Below, piece after piece: positions 61,143-64,000 of a stretch of DNA of 64,000 nt; position 1 is the first letter of the stretch; each line of letters opens with the position of its first letter. The stretch is taken from positions 310,001-374,000 of the forward strand of contig RDEW01000017.1 in NCBI GenBank assembly GCA_011109175.1, read 5' to 3'. The position numbers and the translations under genes were made by a program. This DNA comes from Dicyema japonicum (taxonomy: Eukaryota; Animalia; Dicyemida). The notes under the pieces are model-generated. The model did not search any database. It had not been told where the DNA came from and saw only the letters and a program-made list of their open reading frames with translations.

Positions 61143-61960
61143 TCATGTCAAAGTTTTGTGGACCTTGATCGATGTATTCTGAATAGCCATTTTAATTTGA
61201 TTTCTTATTATTGAAAAATAAGACAGTTTTTTACCTGTGGTAAATAACTTTTTTGATTCGAATAATGATTGGATTGTGGTCGGAAGATAATCCATAATGC
61301 ACCGTCCAAGATGTGTCCGGTGCAAGCTTTGGGGAACAGAAGGTAATGTATGGTGACGTTGATGCTTCGTTTTCCTTGTAAGAAATCCTAGTATGCTTCC
61401 TGGGGTTGTTGAGGATTGTCAGAGAAATGAGTTGGTCTAATAAGGATAATCCTCTTGAGTCTGCTGGATGTGATTTTAACCAGGCTGGATGTTTAGCATT
61501 AAAATCTCCACACAATATCAGGTTTCCGAGCTTGTTTAACTTGGTTAGGTTTAGAGAGAATCCTTTTGGGCAAGAAGATGGAGGGGGGACGTAGATGTTT
61601 GTAATGTTGAGAGTTCCGAATCCACTTGATATCCCAGATATTTCCGTGGTCCCATCGTTTATTAGTGATTGTAGTTTGCTGAGATGTCCGTAAATCGATG
61701 TTATCTCTTATAATGATGAGGAGACCCCTACCGCGACGGTTTGAGCGGTCCAGGCGGATGCAGTGGTATCCTGGAAAATGCGGAGTAGCTGATGATGGAG
61801 TAAGTCTGCTTTCTTGAAGTAAAATCAAATCAATGTTCTGTTCTTTAATGAAAGACCGAGTGCGAGAATTTTGCTTTTGATTCCGTTGATGTTTATCTGC
61901 AGAATTGAGAGTGGAGAGCCTGAACTTTAATAACAGGTAGACCACATGACGCCACGTTTT
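61143..61960 (-). mobile_element. LINE 5' end with APE endonuclease and a very short 5' UTR
   Basis: ILQININGI, IDLILLQESRL, GYHCIRLDR, CGDFNAKHPAW, SSDHNPI; begins ~45 nt after ACGTGGCGTCATGTGGTCTACCTGT. Confidence 0.85.
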
Positions 61961-62342
61961 TCTCTCATTATTTTAGTTTTTTTTTTAGATTTGTGAATAT
62001 TTATTCTAGTTTTGTGAATAGTGTGAATAATAAATTTTATATAAATAAAATTAAAAATATTTAATCTAATTAATTAATATAAAATTATATTAATTTAAAA
62101 TTACCAAGTTTATTTTGCTTCTTGTGGTATGTTTGTCATCTAAATGCTTAAATGCTATATTAAATATTATTAACGTATATTATTTTATGACCGAAACTTA
62201 TATTTTTAGATTTCATAGTATGCAGCCCAGTAAAATCCCCAGAAATAGAATTGTATACTTTTTTCTTAACAAACCGTCGTTTTTTTTCTTATATTACCAA
62301 TAGATTTTTAACAAACCGACCAAAATCATTGTGGACTCCAAA

Positions 62343-62910
62343 ATGAACGAGAATAAGGAACAGAGACAGTTCTTTCCTTCAAAAAATAGCACTTGTCCTT
62401 CCAGAACCCTTCCAATGTGTTAATCCGTGAAAACTATGACCCAAATCGTTTGTATTTTCTTGACACTCTAGAAAACAGATCAAACCAGAACTCTGAAGTT
62501 TCCCTGATCTCTCCGTTGACAAACAAAAAGATCACGGAAGTTTCCCACCATCTGAAAATCAACCTGTTGACACACACATGGAAGGAGGAGAAGGAGAAGC
62601 AGATCAAAGAGCGGAAGAAGGGAAGTAATGTTTATGCCACGGGGGATGACATTCACCATGTGCTGCAATTCATTGCCGAGCGTCGATCCGACATTTTCGG
62701 GAGTGGGAGTGAAGAAGCGATAATCGGGAAGAAGGTATGTGTGATCTGTGAGCTTTAGTTGGCTGAGGCTGGGTCATCAATGGAACTGAAGAAAAGTGCT
62801 GCGGACATGTTAGAGTTTGTATAATTGGTAGAATGAGTGCTGTTAACAAGAGGGAGAAGATTGGTCCCGTTCATCAGGCGAAGAAACAGAGATATGGAGA
62901 TGATTATTGA
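62343..62910 (+). CDS. SF3A1: Short SF3A1/Prp21-like gene: central segment only; 5' end uncertain
   Basis: VLIRENYDP, LISPLTNKKI..HHLKINLL..W, VYATGDDI...IAERRSDIFG..E.IIGKK, REKIGP; introns of 24, 24 and 23 nt; no SURP or UBL domain visible. Confidence 0.75.
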
Positions 62911-62984
62911 CGTTTGTTTTAATATATTTTGGATTTCAAGTTTTGTGGTTTAATTAGGTAAATGAATAAAAATTATTAAATTAA

Positions 62985-64000
62985 GGCATCTGAATGACCA
63001 TGCTATTTCCCCTAACAATAGCCAACGAGATACGTTCTCGGAACCAACCAGTCTCTCGCGGATCCTTGGTCACAGCTTGAATCATGGAGCCGATCTTACG
63101 AACCAACTCATCTGCTTGGGGGCCAAGGATTCCTGACGTTTCCACCGCGAATGGAACAAAAATACTCCTCCGAAATTCTCTGGTACTTCCTCCTCTTTCG
63201 TTCCTCGGCCTGCTTTGAAGCATGTCCTGGGTCTGAAGCAGAAGCAACCAAATTAGACGGGGAATAAGTATCAACACACGTCGCGTCCCAGATCAGGTTT
63301 CGTCCGTTGGCGAATGGAAAAGTCGTCATCCCATCAGGGCGTTTTCCATCGTTTCGGGAAAGACCAGCAGGTTCTAACAGGCAATGGTGTCCAGCAGAGG
63401 CAAGGGAATTCTTTAATGTCATGTTAAGACAGGAGTGCCTGGGGAAACGACCCGCACTCATCTTGCATGACAAGGGATGATAACCAAAAGGATCGATCCA
63501 ACGTCCACAGCGGCATTTTCTTTCGGCACACAATTTAAGACCAAGACGAAGCGAGGTAGCTATTCTCACAGCCTCATCATCCAACAGGTTTCCAATTTCG
63601 GCAGATGGATAAGCGTTCATCCAGGCCCCCGTCGAGTGACAACTGGCTGTTTTGAGGCAGGCAAGCCTTCTTACATCTTCCGTCTTTTCAAGGGACTCTT
63701 TCTTCTTTTCGAAGACACAAAACAAATAGGACTTTTGCTTATCACAATTGACCGGAGCATTCAGGTACAAATTCATCCATTCATCCCAGGCTCCCGACGG
63801 CGTCAGCGGTACGTTTAGTCCGGAAGTAGAGTGAAGGACCGTATCCACTAAACGCCTTGACGAGCCGAACGAAGATAAATAGGCGCCCAAAGCAACGTCC
63901 GAAGGAAGAGAAAGACCCAAACCACGCAGGCTACAGGGAGTGAGGCCTGTAACCATCCGAAATCATCAAAACAAACATTAAGAATGGACCCCATCGTTGA
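62985..64000 (-). mobile_element. CRE-clade retrotransposon 3' part (largest copy; continues beyond the window)
   Basis: GLGLSLP, GAWMNAYPS..LLDDEAVRIATSLRLG, CRCG..HPLSC..RH, GKRPDG..WDATCVDT, FVPFAVETSG, ERISLAIVRGNS; one frameshift. Confidence 0.92.

Noticed and set aside
1-64000. Prokaryotic, viral or organellar origin; most short ORFs in the supplied track
   Set aside because: Spliceosomal introns, a eukaryotic initiator tRNA and metazoan gene families are present. Most listed ORFs are antisense or off-frame readings of TE debris or of real exons.

Overview
AT-rich eukaryotic nuclear DNA, almost certainly from a highly reduced animal. About 40 spliceosomal introns traced by hand are all 21-29 nt, and the standard genetic code is used. 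This fits a dicyemid-type or other miniaturised metazoan parasite, but the taxonomy is inference. Small compact gene islands encode LCMT1, an Ig-superfamily receptor, a front-end fatty-acid desaturase, NDUFAF7, a small secreted protein, a 13-aa-repeat membrane protein, a C2H2 protein, SDE2, a FAM187-like protein, an ENT/SLC29 transporter, a BAH-domain protein, GAL3ST, a GCNT pseudogene, a truncated SF3A1 and an initiator tRNA-Met. The islands are separated by dense retroelement debris: CRE, RTE, I/Jockey-group and R4-like REL LINEs. Two hAT elements have intact 8-bp TSDs, and there are further hAT and Tigger remnants plus a Ginger-like TIR element. The most notable item is a dispersed ~330-bp non-coding repeat (family A). 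Its core can be folded in the exact helix order of an HDV-like self-cleaving ribozyme, but with a non-canonical L3 and J4/2, and it shares its 5' motif and 3' tail with local LINEs. Most genes carry single-base indels, mostly in homopolymers and probably assembly errors. All homology calls are from motif recognition by eye, with no database searches. Element boundaries are approximate unless TIRs or TSDs are quoted.
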